A DNA stretch of 63,260 nt, filler included. It is 8 parts of 8 records of this genome, joined end to end, with 100 filler letters (N's around TTAATTAATTAA, not from the genome) between each part and the next. Parts side by side here need not be neighbours in the genome. Positions count along the whole stretch, not along the records: positions 1 to 10,943 come from SRR2962707_3900; positions 11,044 to 16,773 come from SRR2962707_3904; positions 16,874 to 22,230 come from SRR2962707_3905; 5 more parts are not named here. One strand, given 5' to 3'. The first letter of the stretch is position 1, and every line of letters starts with the position of its first letter. This document shows, piece by piece, positions 8,676-18,558 of this stretch. The notes below the pieces were generated by a model. It had not been told where the DNA came from and made no database searches. It saw only the letters and a list, made by a program, of their open reading frames with translations. The translations under genes and the position numbers were made by a program.

Positions 8676-10060
8676 GCCGATTCCGCCACCGGCGGCAGCA
8701 CCAGCGCCGCGCGGAATCCCGCATCGACGCGGCCCAGCACAAGTTCACCGCCATAGGCCTGCGCCACCGCTGCCGCGATAGCCAGACCCAGCCCGGTCCC
8801 GTCACCCCGCGTGCCTGAATCTCGGGCGAACCGGCTGCCCAGCCGGTCCAGGAATTCCGCGCTTGGTCCGGTGCCGCTATCCTCGACCCACAGCACGGCG
8901 CGCGACCCTTCGATCGACGCCCCGACCCGGACCGGCGAGGCGCCGTATTTCACCGCATTGCTTGCCAGGTTTTTGGCCGCCTCTGTCAGCGACAACAGAT
9001 CGCCCCGCATCAGTACCGCCTCCTCACCAATCATCAGCCGGATTTCGACCCCCGGCGCGGTGAGTGTAAAGTCCCCAGCCTCGACCACCTCAAGCGCCAC
9101 ATCACGAAGGTCGACCGTCTCGCGCCGCACTGATTCGGCGCGGTGGATCACCAGCGCCCGACTTAGCATCTGATCCAGCAGATGGCCCAGATCGACCGTG
9201 CGGCGGTGGATACGCAGCACAATGGCGTCGCGGCGCGCACCGTCGGGTTCGTCTGCCGCAAGATCGGCCTGCGCGCGCAGCGCGGCGACCGGTGTGCGCA
9301 GTTGATGCGCCGCATCCGAAATCAGCCCGCGCATCGCGCGCACCTGCTGATCGATCCGCCCCATGAACCCGTTCAATGCGCCAACCATATCTTCGGCCTC
9401 TTTCGGGACCGGTGCCTTGATCGGTGTCAGATCATAGGGGTCGCGTCGGGCCACTGCCTCGGCCAGGCGGTCCAGCGGGCGCAGGGCCGAACGCACGGCA
9501 AAGACCGCTAGCAGCGACATCAGCACCCCGGCCCCGGCCAGCAGGACCAGCGCCCTTTGCGTGATGTCCAGCGCAAGTGCGCGGCGGGCACGCAGGGTCT
9601 GGCCCACGATCACCTCGACCGGGCCCGACACGGTGCGTTCGGCAAACCGCCGCGTGACGGCCGCATACCGCGCCGCCTCTCCGGAAAAGGCCGCGTCGTA
9701 AAAATTCACATCCAGCCCGGCGGCATCCGGTGGCTTTGGCAGGGCGGCATACCCGGTCAGCAATTCGCCCCCCGGGCCGGTCACGCGGTAGGCAATGCGG
9801 TCATCGGGGGCAAGCGCGAGCAGTTGAAAAGCCGAGATCGGCAGATCCACCAGCAGGTAACCCCCGTCGACCGAAATCGACGCGGCGATGTCGTTGGCCG
9901 CGCCCACCAGCAACCGGTCATAGGCATCTTGCGCCGCCTGCCGACCATAGGCAAAGGCCGCGACCGACACCAGAACACCGCCAACACCAAGCAGCAAAGC
10001 CACCGCCAGCGCCACGCGCGCGACCAGCGACATCTGCCAGGGCGGGATGTGGCTATTCAT
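8672..10060 (-). CDS. tctE: Sensor histidine kinase, TctE-like
   Basis: Two TMs with AYDRLL periplasmic start (2CSK_N type), H-box DAAHQLRTP, N-box NLASNAVKY, G-box GTGLGLAI. Confidence 0.82.
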   Translation of the reverse strand: MNSHIPPWQMSLVARVALAVALLLGVGGVLVSVAAFAYGRQAAQDAYDRLLVGAANDIAASISVDGGYLLVDLPISAFQLLALAPDDRIAYRVTGPGGELLTGYAALPKPPDAAGLDVNFYDAAFSGEAARYAAVTRRFAERTVSGPVEVIVGQTLRARRALALDITQRALVLLAGAGVLMSLLAVFAVRSALRPLDRLAEAVARRDPYDLTPIKAPVPKEAEDMVGALNGFMGRIDQQVRAMRGLISDAAHQLRTPVAALRAQADLAADEPDGARRDAIVLRIHRRTVDLGHLLDQMLSRALVIHRAESVRRETVDLRDVALEVVEAGDFTLTAPGVEIRLMIGEEAVLMRGDLLSLTEAAKNLASNAVKYGASPVRVGASIEGSRAVLWVEDSGTGPSAEFLDRLGSRFARDSGTRGDGTGLGLAIAAAVAQAYGGELVLGRVDAGFRAALVLPPVAESA

Positions 10061-10724
10061 CGACGAGGATCCGGTACCCCAGCCCGCGCTGCGTTTCGAT
10101 CCGCACATCGCAGCCCGACAGCTTTTTGCGCAGCCGTGCGATGTATAGTTCGATCGCGTTCAGACCCACATCCGCATCGTCAAAGGAGAACAGCCGCTCG
10201 TACAGCCGCTCTTTGTCCATTAGCGTGCCCATGTTGCGGATCAGCAGCCCGAGCAGTGCAAATTCCCGCCGCGTTAGCGCCAGCATCTGCCCCCTGACTG
10301 CCACGGTTTTGGCCGTCGGGTGGAACACTAGATCGCCAAGGGTGATGGCTTCGCTTTTCTGGCCCTGTTCCCGACGATAGAGCGCGTGAATGCGCGCCTC
10401 AAGTTCACGTTGATCGAACGGTTTTACCAGATAATCGTCCGCGCCTAGGTTCAGCGCCGACACCCGGTCATCGACCGAAAACAGCGCGGTCAACATGATC
10501 ACCGGCGTGCGCAACCCACGTGCCCGCAGCTCTTGCAGCAGATCGGTGCCAAGCCCGTCGGGCAAGTTGATGTCAAGAACGATCACGTCATACCCCTGCA
10601 CATCGACAAATCCGCGGGCCTCATCCAGCGTGGCGGCCATGTCGCAGGCCATGCCCGCCCGTTCGAGCCGGATCACAATGGCCTCGGCCACGTCGCGCGT
10701 ATCCTCGACCAGCAGCACACGCAT
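10053..10724 (-). CDS. tctD: OmpR-family response regulator, TctD-like
   Basis: MRVLLVED, LDINLPDG, GADDYLVKPF and winged helix NAIELYIARLRKKL...RGLGY. Confidence 0.85.
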   Translation of the reverse strand: MRVLLVEDTRDVAEAIVIRLERAGMACDMAATLDEARGFVDVQGYDVIVLDINLPDGLGTDLLQELRARGLRTPVIMLTALFSVDDRVSALNLGADDYLVKPFDQRELEARIHALYRREQGQKSEAITLGDLVFHPTAKTVAVRGQMLALTRREFALLGLLIRNMGTLMDKERLYERLFSFDDADVGLNAIELYIARLRKKLSGCDVRIETQRGLGYRILVDE

Positions 10725-10780
10725 GTTCGTGACGTCCCCCAAAAAACTGCGCCCCGACCGGATCATGTGTCCGCTTTGCG

Positions 10781-10818
10781 TCAGGTCAGTTCAGGGTGTG
10801 ACAGGTTGGCGACAGGTT
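10781..10818. promoter_or_regulatory. Helically phased CAGG direct repeats; probable TctD operator
   Basis: CAGG at 10782, 10792, 10802 and 10813 (GACAGGTT twice, 11 nt apart) upstream of tctD. Confidence 0.5.
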
Positions 10819-10943
10819 CAAGGCCTATCAACCGCCCACTCGGCACACGCGAGGAGACCGGAACCAACCCGGAGCGTGTTGTCGGCCTGCCAGCCCAGCT
10901 GGCCAAACAGACATGCCCGCCGGTGCCACCGGCAAAATGACGT

Positions 10944-11043
10944 NNNNNNNNNNNNNNNNNNNNNNNNNNNNNNNNNNNNNNNNNNNNTTAATTAATTAAN
11001 NNNNNNNNNNNNNNNNNNNNNNNNNNNNNNNNNNNNNNNNNNN
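10944..11043. other. Artificial contig spacer
   Basis: N44-TTAATTAATTAA-N44, giving stops in all six frames. Confidence 0.99.
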
Positions 11044-11068
11044 CCCCCCCCCCCCCCCACACACACAC
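11044..11068. repeat. Poly-C and (CA)n microsatellite at contig edge
   Basis: C-run followed by acacacacac. Confidence 0.85.
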
Positions 11069-11312
11069 TGGTATCGTCCACAAACGGGTATGGTGGCTGT
11101 CTGAGAGAAGTTTCAGTTTCAGCTCTCGGTTTTTATTGGCAGCTCTGTTTTCTGTTTCGGCTTCCAATTGCTTCCTTGAAGCTCGGATGGCGCTCTGAGA
11201 AAGAAAGTAGTTTCCGCGGCGCAGGTGGTTTGAGGAGAAGCTTGGTTTTGGTCTGTGAAGACAAAGGGGAAAACAAGTCTCAAAACAAAGTGGCAGGGCA
11301 GGCGAAACAGCC

Positions 11313-14181
11313 ATGCCTGCCAAGCGGCCGGCAGGTGCCGTCGCCGCTGTCGTGCCTCGAGGACTTCTGAAGAAGGCGAGGAAGCGGTTGGAAAGGGGTA
11401 AAGCCACACCGGCCGACTTGGCACTTTTGCAACGTGGCTTGGCGACAGCAACCCAAGGCCAGTCCCATTCCCAAGAAAAAAAAGAACCGGGGCAGTCGAA
11501 CGAACAGGCACTTTTCCACTCCGTTTTTGGAAATGCCCGCCCACGCGTGCTGTTTCAAGAATCTTACTTCGATGAAAAGCAGCGAGAGCAGCAAATCACC
11601 TCGAAAGAGTTCCACAACCTCCTCTTCTGGGTGCTCACCGAAAGCATGGGCACGAAGCCAGGCTGGGTGTTTGTCGACAACAAAGCGCTCATTCCGTCTG
11701 TGGTTCTTGTTGTGGTGGACGCTCCCTCCCCGGCGGTTTGCAACTACCAGCCGGCCTTCACCAAAGAGAATGATAAAGCTGGTGGAGATGTATTTGTGCG
11801 CATGCGTATTTCTAGTCCTCATCATTCCAATTTGTCAACATCGGGGAGCGGCTTGCCATCTGTGGCGGAGCGGCTGTTGCTTTCGGAGCCATCGTCGGCT
11901 GAAAAGAAGAAGCAGCTGAAGCAGCGTCGAAGTCGACAGACTCGCTCGCGTCGTGAGCGGTGTACCATCGAGGATCTTATCATGACTCAACAGCAGCGCG
12001 AGCAGCACGGATACAACCAAATAAAACACACAATGGATCTCACCGCCGAAGTGGAATCTTTCAGTCGCGCAACCAGCGGCACAGGCTCTCCTGAAAAAAA
12101 ATCTCGTCTCGCCACGACCAGTGCCGGCGATAGCGAGGACGATCAACGCAGCGATAACCCCGCGGACAGTGATGGGAAACCAGAGGTGTGGATTGATGGG
12201 AAATTTGGTGGAAGGCGCTGCCGCGATGGTGTTGCGTGCGCAGATCCACTTTGTGGCTTCGCGCATCCAATGTCATGGCCACATCAGCCTAGCACGAAGA
12301 CCCCGAAGCTCAAGCGCCTAAAAATTACCAGACAGTTGACCCCACGTGGCACGTCCGTGATCAAGACCACGTACCGACCAGAGGCTGTTGTGCTCACTGT
12401 GCGTCCGGTAGAGCAGGACAGAGATTTGGCGTTGGCTCCTGCGGGAGGGCCATCAGCTTCGACAGACGCTGGTGAGAGCGGGGCAGCTACCTCAAGCGCG
12501 TCGATTGCTAGCAGCTCCTCAGTGAAAGCAGCGAGTGTGTTTGCTCTTGACTGTGAAATGGTTGAAACAGAGCTGAACGACCTACATCGATCACACCCAC
12601 ACGATGAGGTACGCAGTGCCACTCCCCAATGTATTGGCGAATACTCTGTGGGTTTGAAATTACCCCGGTTGCAACGTGTGTCTGGTAGACCAGCACCCAT
12701 CCGCCCCCCGCTTTTTTGACAACCTATTCTTTGTACATAGGTGGCTCGAGTCACAATCGTGGACGTACATGGAACTGTGGTATTGGATGAGCTCATTTGT
12801 CCGTCGGAGAAGATCGTCGATTATCGAACACAATGGAGTGGAATTTCCGAGTCATCGTTGAGAGGTGTTACGCAGACGTTGGTTCGTAAAATGGAAGCTT
12901 CCACGATGCATCCGCACTGGAACGGGCGGTGACCAAAAATAGCGACTGATGCATGAAACTTGGTGTGTGTGTGCTCAGGCGGATGTTCAAGCGAAAATTC
13001 GAACCATTCCGGGATTAGATTCTCGCGCCATCCTTGTTGGGCACTCGCTGAATTGCGACCTTGAAGTTCTACAGTGGCAGCATGACCGCGTTGTCGATAC
13101 CGCTGTTTTGTTTCCGCACCACAAAGGTGGAGAACAACCACTTTTGTAACCTTTGTGTTGGTGGCGAGAGGGAAAAGAGCTGCTGGTGACGCGTGTGTTG
13201 TTCGTGCGCTATCGACAGGCTTGCCTTTTAAGCAATCTCTTCGACATTTGGTGAAGAAACACCTTCGAGCGAGCGTAAAAGGCGCAGCTGGCGGTGAGGG
13301 TCACGATAGTGCTGAGGATGCTCGTGCTGCCCTGGTGCGTGTGCGGTTGTCGATGAGCTTCGACAGCGCGAGCGAATTCCTCCAACCTGTCATTCCACCA
13401 CTCACCACCAATCGGACACACTGTGGTAGGCCCTAGTCAAGCTGAAGATGGAGCGCGGGATCAAGTACGGGCTGATCGAGAGACTTCCGCGAGTTCCACT
13501 GTTGCAAGTTTTACGGGCTTCGGGCAATCTCAAGTTTTCCGCGCTGATCGCACACCATGACTCGCCGAAATTGGCGACTGGGGCGATAACTGCAGCGTTC
13601 AATTTGGTGCGGCATCACCCAGCTACGGGCTGTGCTGCTATGGACCAAGCAATATCAAACAAAAAGTGCCCTACCAAAATGGCTGACTGGCTGGCCAGCA
13701 CGTTCAAAGGTCACAAAACAGCCATGGGCACAAAAATGGACATTCCGTTCTACTGCATGGCAATCGATGCGGGTTGTTCGCAGCCTATTGGTCACAACGA
13801 TCGTGAGAACGAAACTCCCGATAGTGAAGCAACAGCAGGGACCGCCTCAGGATCTGACCGCGCTGCGGTATCCTCAAGCTGCCGAGATATGTTTGTAGAA
13901 GCCAGCAAGGCCGTGGAAGGGTCTTTGCCGGCTGGAACGTTGCTCCTTTACGTAGCACCGTCGGCGTTAACTCCAGGCCATAACTTCGCTTCAGGTGTGG
14001 AATCTTTCCTTGCTTGGGTGCTGTCGGTTTTTGCCCGCATGTGTCGTGGAGTCGCGATTGGGTGCTTTGCATCACAGTGATTTTTTGTCACCTGTGTCCA
14101 GATGGGCAGCGTCCTAACGAACGCAGTTTGCAACGAAACGAATACTGTGATCTGCTACTACGTATTGTTGGAAACAGTTAG
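11313..14181 (+). CDS. Eukaryotic RNA exonuclease (REX1/REXO1/REXO5-like DEDDh), multi-exon
   Basis: Splicing GT-AG introns at about 12609-12740, 12882-12978, 13127-13218, 13335-13429 and 13995-14101 joins ExoI FALDCEM, VARVTIVD...DYRTQWSGI, ExoII VGHSLNCDL, DTAVLFPH and ExoIII GHDSAEDARAAL, then LVKLKMERG. The last exon is less certain. Confidence 0.85.
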
Positions 14182-14324
14182 CACAACTTCTGCTTGCTAG
14201 AGCACTAGATACTTTCCACCACCCTCAGCCAGGAAGCAATGAGACCTCTCGCTGGTCAAGACTCGGCTTTTGCATTTGATTATTTATGTCTTTTTCCACT
14301 TTTTTTTTTGTCATCAATACGTCG

Positions 14325-16519
14325 TCATTTCAGTTGCAGCTTTGTGAGCAAGGAGTCAAGGTCCAATGCCGCCGCTTCCTCGTATGAAACGTTTGCCCGG
14401 TCACGGATTTCGGCCAGAGTGCTGTCCACCTTGAGTTCGCCATTTTCGAAAATGCACTGCAGACGATCTGTTGCAGGGTCACCAAGACCGTTTTGCATTG
14501 TCACGTAGCCATTGTCGATTGCACATGCTTCCTTGATGTACCTGACGTATGACGCATACATAGCACGCGAAAAGAGTGTTTTTACCATACTCAAGCCAGC
14601 AGCGTACGCGTAGGCACAACGAGGCGCTTCGCTGTTCCTACAAGCAGGGTCAACGTACGTGGCTGTATCGTTGTCAGCTGCTAACACAGCATCCACCTTT
14701 TCGCCTTGGGAGCCATCAAGCTTGTGGAGCGTGAGACGACCTTTTTTGGATTTTTTCATGGGTTGGTCAATTGGAGACTTGAATACCTCACGGTCTTGCA
14801 ATTCGCCGGTTTCGTCTGCGTAGGTGATGAAGCTACATTTGAAGGCAAACTTCTGCGTGTCGCTGACAAGTACAAAATGCGGGCACCACGTCAAAAAGTT
14901 GCGCATTACCGCATTCTCACTGGCCATACGAGTTGAGTACATGTAATACGATGCAAGCGCAAACAAACCGATTGTGCTTCTGAAGAAGGCCACCTCCACT
15001 TCCAAAGCCAATGTTACTGGCGGACCAGCCATTTTGTTTCAGGTACTCGAGAATCTCGACAAGGGTCTCAAATTGAATGCCGTCTCCTTGAATGATACGA
15101 ACATGATCATCCAGCACCTGTAAAGGTCATGCCGCAGAAAAAGCATCAAGAACACAACACAGGGTTCAAACCACAAATGTCACTGCATTTGGAACAGGTT
15201 GATTGACCAAGACGATCCACACCAATAAAAACGCGTGCTCGACAAACCCAGTATCCTTTGGAGTTTTTGCGCTTGCCAAACGTCTCACCAAGAATCTCCA
15301 AGATTTTAAGGTCAACAATCTTTGGCTCTCCTGAATCTGGCCGAACAATCAATTGTCCTGGGTTCGCTCCATCACCTTCGCGGTTGACAATCAAATCCTT
15401 CAGCTGACCCCACCTGCATAGCCAAGAACAACAACCCAGAACCATCCGATGTGAGAGTGAGGGGTCGTGCGCAGCCAAAGCTATGCAGGGCTACATGCTG
15501 AATCATGCCGCAACGACTCCTGCCCAGTGCCAACGAAAATGCCGCTTGACTAACATGGTGGAGCCACAGGCCGTGTAGATATCATAAGAATCACTGACAC
15601 AGGCAACCAAACCCTGGGGAAACTGCTTCAGCATGTTGCGGAATGCATCGAGTTCATTATCACGGCCCCAGGAGGTGATGGTCGAGTGTTCTGATGCTGG
15701 AATCGAATAACCTGCCACAGCCCCTGGCGACTCACCACCACCCCCCGCGTAAAAGTCACGGGCCAGCACCAACGCTGCAATCGTGTCAGTGCCGCGGAAG
15801 TTAACAAGGTGAGAGCAACCCCCGAGCGCAGCGGTCTCCACTGACGAAACACCCCGGAAACCAAAGTCCTGAAGCTTGAAGTTCTCGCCGTAAGTGCCGT
15901 CCGGCAACTTATCCGCGGTGTCGAGAAGGTAGCGCGTGATGATTTTCTTTTGTGCGCGCGACCCAGACGCGACGGTCATTGGGTACCACACTTGGACCAG
16001 CAACGTTTCGAGAAAGTTGGTGAGCCAGAAGCACTCCGGGTCCGTGTTCTCGACAGTCATCAGCACGTTCTTGTACGGGATCACTTCGCCCTCCAGCGGT
16101 GCGCAGATGCGAATCGGCAGGCGCCCCCCGTGCTTGTTCACAATGTGCATCCACTTGTCACGCGGGAATATCGAGCCGGGCCCAAAGTGAGCGCCGTAGA
16201 TCTTCTCGGCTTCGTCGATTTTAGCTTCCGTGACGACCACCCCGCACAAGTAACGCTTCAAAAAGTACTGCAGCCCAAAGTTCACCACGTGCAGGTGTTT
16301 GCCACCGCGGCTTTCCAGGTACGAGTAGATGGTCTTGGTACCAGGCGGGTACTGCGCCCAGTGGGTGACTTTGTACGAGTCCGTGAGCAGCAGCAGGTTG
16401 TTGAGCCCACTCGAGATCACGCTGCGCAGTTGAGACACTTCCGACTTGGCCGCTTCAATGGTTGTGATGTCGCTGGCATCAGCAGGCTTCCCTCCAAGCA
16501 CACCGACGGAGGCCCCCAT
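14325..16519 (-). CDS. NAMPT: Nicotinamide phosphoribosyltransferase, eukaryotic, multi-exon
   Basis: LLTDSYKVTH, LQDFGFRGVSS, SIPASEHSTITSWG, CVSDSYDI, IVRPDSGEP, RIIQGDGI, FGSGGGLLQK and RDTQKFAFKCS are spread over 5 exons separated by GT-AG introns. Confidence 0.93.
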
Positions 16520-16743
16520 GACGTTTGGTGCTTTCTTTTTGATTGAAAAACAAAACCCAAAAAGAGGAAAAAAAAATGAACCAACGAAGAAAGAAAGAAG
16601 AGCAAAAAAACGAAGAAAAAACAGTCACACTTTTTCTTCCCTCTTTTCCAACAGCTCTTCCACTCCGAAGAACACGACGACGCAACAAAGTGGAGCTTTG
16701 CCTCAAGGGATTGACTCGCTTCCCATTCCTCCAGTTCCTGCGG

Positions 16744-16773
16744 TCGCTCACTCACTCGCTCACTCTCTCACTC
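16744..16773. repeat. (CTCA/CTCG)n microsatellite at contig edge
   Basis: tcgctcactcactcgctcactctctcactc. Confidence 0.75.
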
Positions 16774-16873
16774 NNNNNNNNNNNNNNNNNNNNNNNNNNN
16801 NNNNNNNNNNNNNNNNNTTAATTAATTAANNNNNNNNNNNNNNNNNNNNNNNNNNNNNNNNNNNNNNNNNNNN
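16774..16873. other. Artificial contig spacer
   Basis: N-TTAATTAATTAA-N. Confidence 0.99.
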
Positions 16874-16874
16874 T

Positions 16875-17675
16875 GATTATTACATGAACGAACCCTGGAC
16901 CCGCGATGGGCGCATCAGTGCCGATGTGGTTTCCGTCGCCCCGGATATTGCCGGGCTGATCAGCGAAGTTCATGTTCATGACAACCAGCAGGTCAAGGCG
17001 GGTGATCTTTTATTTGCGATTGATCCCGCACGCTATCAGGTGGCGGTCGATCAGGCTCATGCCAAACTTTCAAGTGCGCGCGCGGCGCGCGATCAGGCAG
17101 CGCGCGAAGTCAAACGCTATCAGGGGCTTAATTCCGACGTGGTGTCGCGCCAGAAAAAGGAACAGGTAGCAACCAGCCTTCAAACCACCCAAGCCGCTAT
17201 GGAGCTGGCACAGGCCGATCTTGATCTGGCCGAGCTTAATCTTGAACGGACCCGCGTTGTGGCATCGGTCGACGGGATTGTGACCAATTTTTCTGTACGT
17301 CCGGGTAATTATGTCGGGGCCGGGTCGGCGGTGGCGGCCCTTGTCGATAGCAGGTCATTTTATGTTGCCGGTTATTTCGAAGAAAACAAACTGCCGCGCA
17401 TTGCGATTAACGACAAGGTCGAAATCCGCTTGATGGGTGAAGACCGATCCCTGTATGGTCATGTGGTCAGCATTGCTGGCGGCATTCAAGATAGTGAACG
17501 ATCAGGAAGCTCTGCCGGTTTGGCCGTCGTCAAACCGACCTTTAGCTGGGTCCGTCTGGCCCAGCGTGTCCCGGTCCGGGTGGCCATAGATGACGTGCCA
17601 TCAGGTGTGCGTCTTGTTGCCGGGCGCAGTGCCAGTGTGACTATTCTACAAATGGACAAAACAGTCACATTTTAG
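16875..17675 (+). CDS. HlyD-family adaptor of AaeA/fusaric-acid efflux type, 5'-truncated
   Basis: YYMNEPWTRDGRI, SFYVAGYFEENKL and PTFSWVRLAQRVPVR. Confidence 0.88.
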   Translation, partial: DYYMNEPWTRDGRISADVVSVAPDIAGLISEVHVHDNQQVKAGDLLFAIDPARYQVAVDQAHAKLSSARAARDQAAREVKRYQGLNSDVVSRQKKEQVATSLQTTQAAMELAQADLDLAELNLERTRVVASVDGIVTNFSVRPGNYVGAGSAVAALVDSRSFYVAGYFEENKLPRIAINDKVEIRLMGEDRSLYGHVVSIAGGIQDSERSGSSAGLAVVKPTFSWVRLAQRVPVRVAIDDVPSGVRLVAGRSASVTILQMDKTVTF

Positions 17676-17693
17676 AAAAGTTCTGACCGTGTT

Positions 17694-18527
17694 TTACTGC
17701 CCAATCTCGCCAAGTAGCGATGGGGTGCCAAACTGGCGTAAATCAGCGTTTGAGCGTTCAAAATACAATGACCAGAAACTTTCCAGCGATTTGAGCGCAA
17801 CAGACGAACGGTATTTGCCATCGTTAAGGAAACCACCCCCTATGACATAGACCTTTGTGCGGTCCATATCTTCGAAGGACACCTTCGTTTCGAGTTTTTC
17901 CAACTCACGTGCCGCGTTTAGCTTTTCCAGTTTTCCGGCACCGTATAGTGACAAGAGATCCGAATTCTCCATCATATCTGAGATGATCAGCATGTATTTC
18001 TCGGGCGTGCCAGATTGGGAGATTACACTTTTTGTGACATTGGAAAGATTGGACAGGATTTCTGTTTTTGGAAGGTCAGTTGTCGCATTGGAGAAGGTAT
18101 GTAAAAGAGCCTTTCCGGTAAAGGTTCTAACTTGACTGTCCTGACTTTTTTGACAGGTATCGATTTGGCGCAATATCTTCTTTGAGATCGCGTAGCGGGT
18201 ATCGTCGGGCAGGCGGGCGTCAATAACGCCGCGCAGAATAATTTCAGTATAGTATCCCGCGGCATTTGCCGAAAATCCTATAACCTGAACGGAATCACCT
18301 GGCATGAGGAATTGGATAATCTTCTGATAGGATTCTTCCTGAAGCTTTGAATCCAGCGCCATGGTCTGATCAACAAGAACGTAAAGATCACGCGATAGAG
18401 CCGGGGGCGCAATATCCCCCAGCTTTACTGTGTCGTAGCAACTTCCTATTGTCGCCGGTGCGGCCTGCAACGAGGTTTGAGCGAAGCCCAGCAGAAATGC
18501 AAAAGCAGCAAAAGTGTGTTTGAACAT
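17694..18527 (-). CDS. Uncharacterised secreted protein with vWA-like alpha/beta motifs
   Basis: Sec signal peptide (…TSLQA|AP), strand-Asp motifs LYVLVDQT and MLIISDMMENS, KVYVIGGG. SD AAGGA. Confidence 0.78.
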   Translation of the reverse strand: MFKHTFAAFAFLLGFAQTSLQAAPATIGSCYDTVKLGDIAPPALSRDLYVLVDQTMALDSKLQEESYQKIIQFLMPGDSVQVIGFSANAAGYYTEIILRGVIDARLPDDTRYAISKKILRQIDTCQKSQDSQVRTFTGKALLHTFSNATTDLPKTEILSNLSNVTKSVISQSGTPEKYMLIISDMMENSDLLSLYGAGKLEKLNAARELEKLETKVSFEDMDRTKVYVIGGGFLNDGKYRSSVALKSLESFWSLYFERSNADLRQFGTPSLLGEIGQ

Positions 18528-18558
18528 TGTCGTTATTTCCTTGGATCACGGGGCTTGA

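Noticed and set aside
10988-10999. Recurrent TTAATTAATTAA palindrome as a biological repeat or recombination site
   Set aside because: Always centred in identical N-padded 100-nt blocks. It is a six-frame-stop linker added during concatenation.
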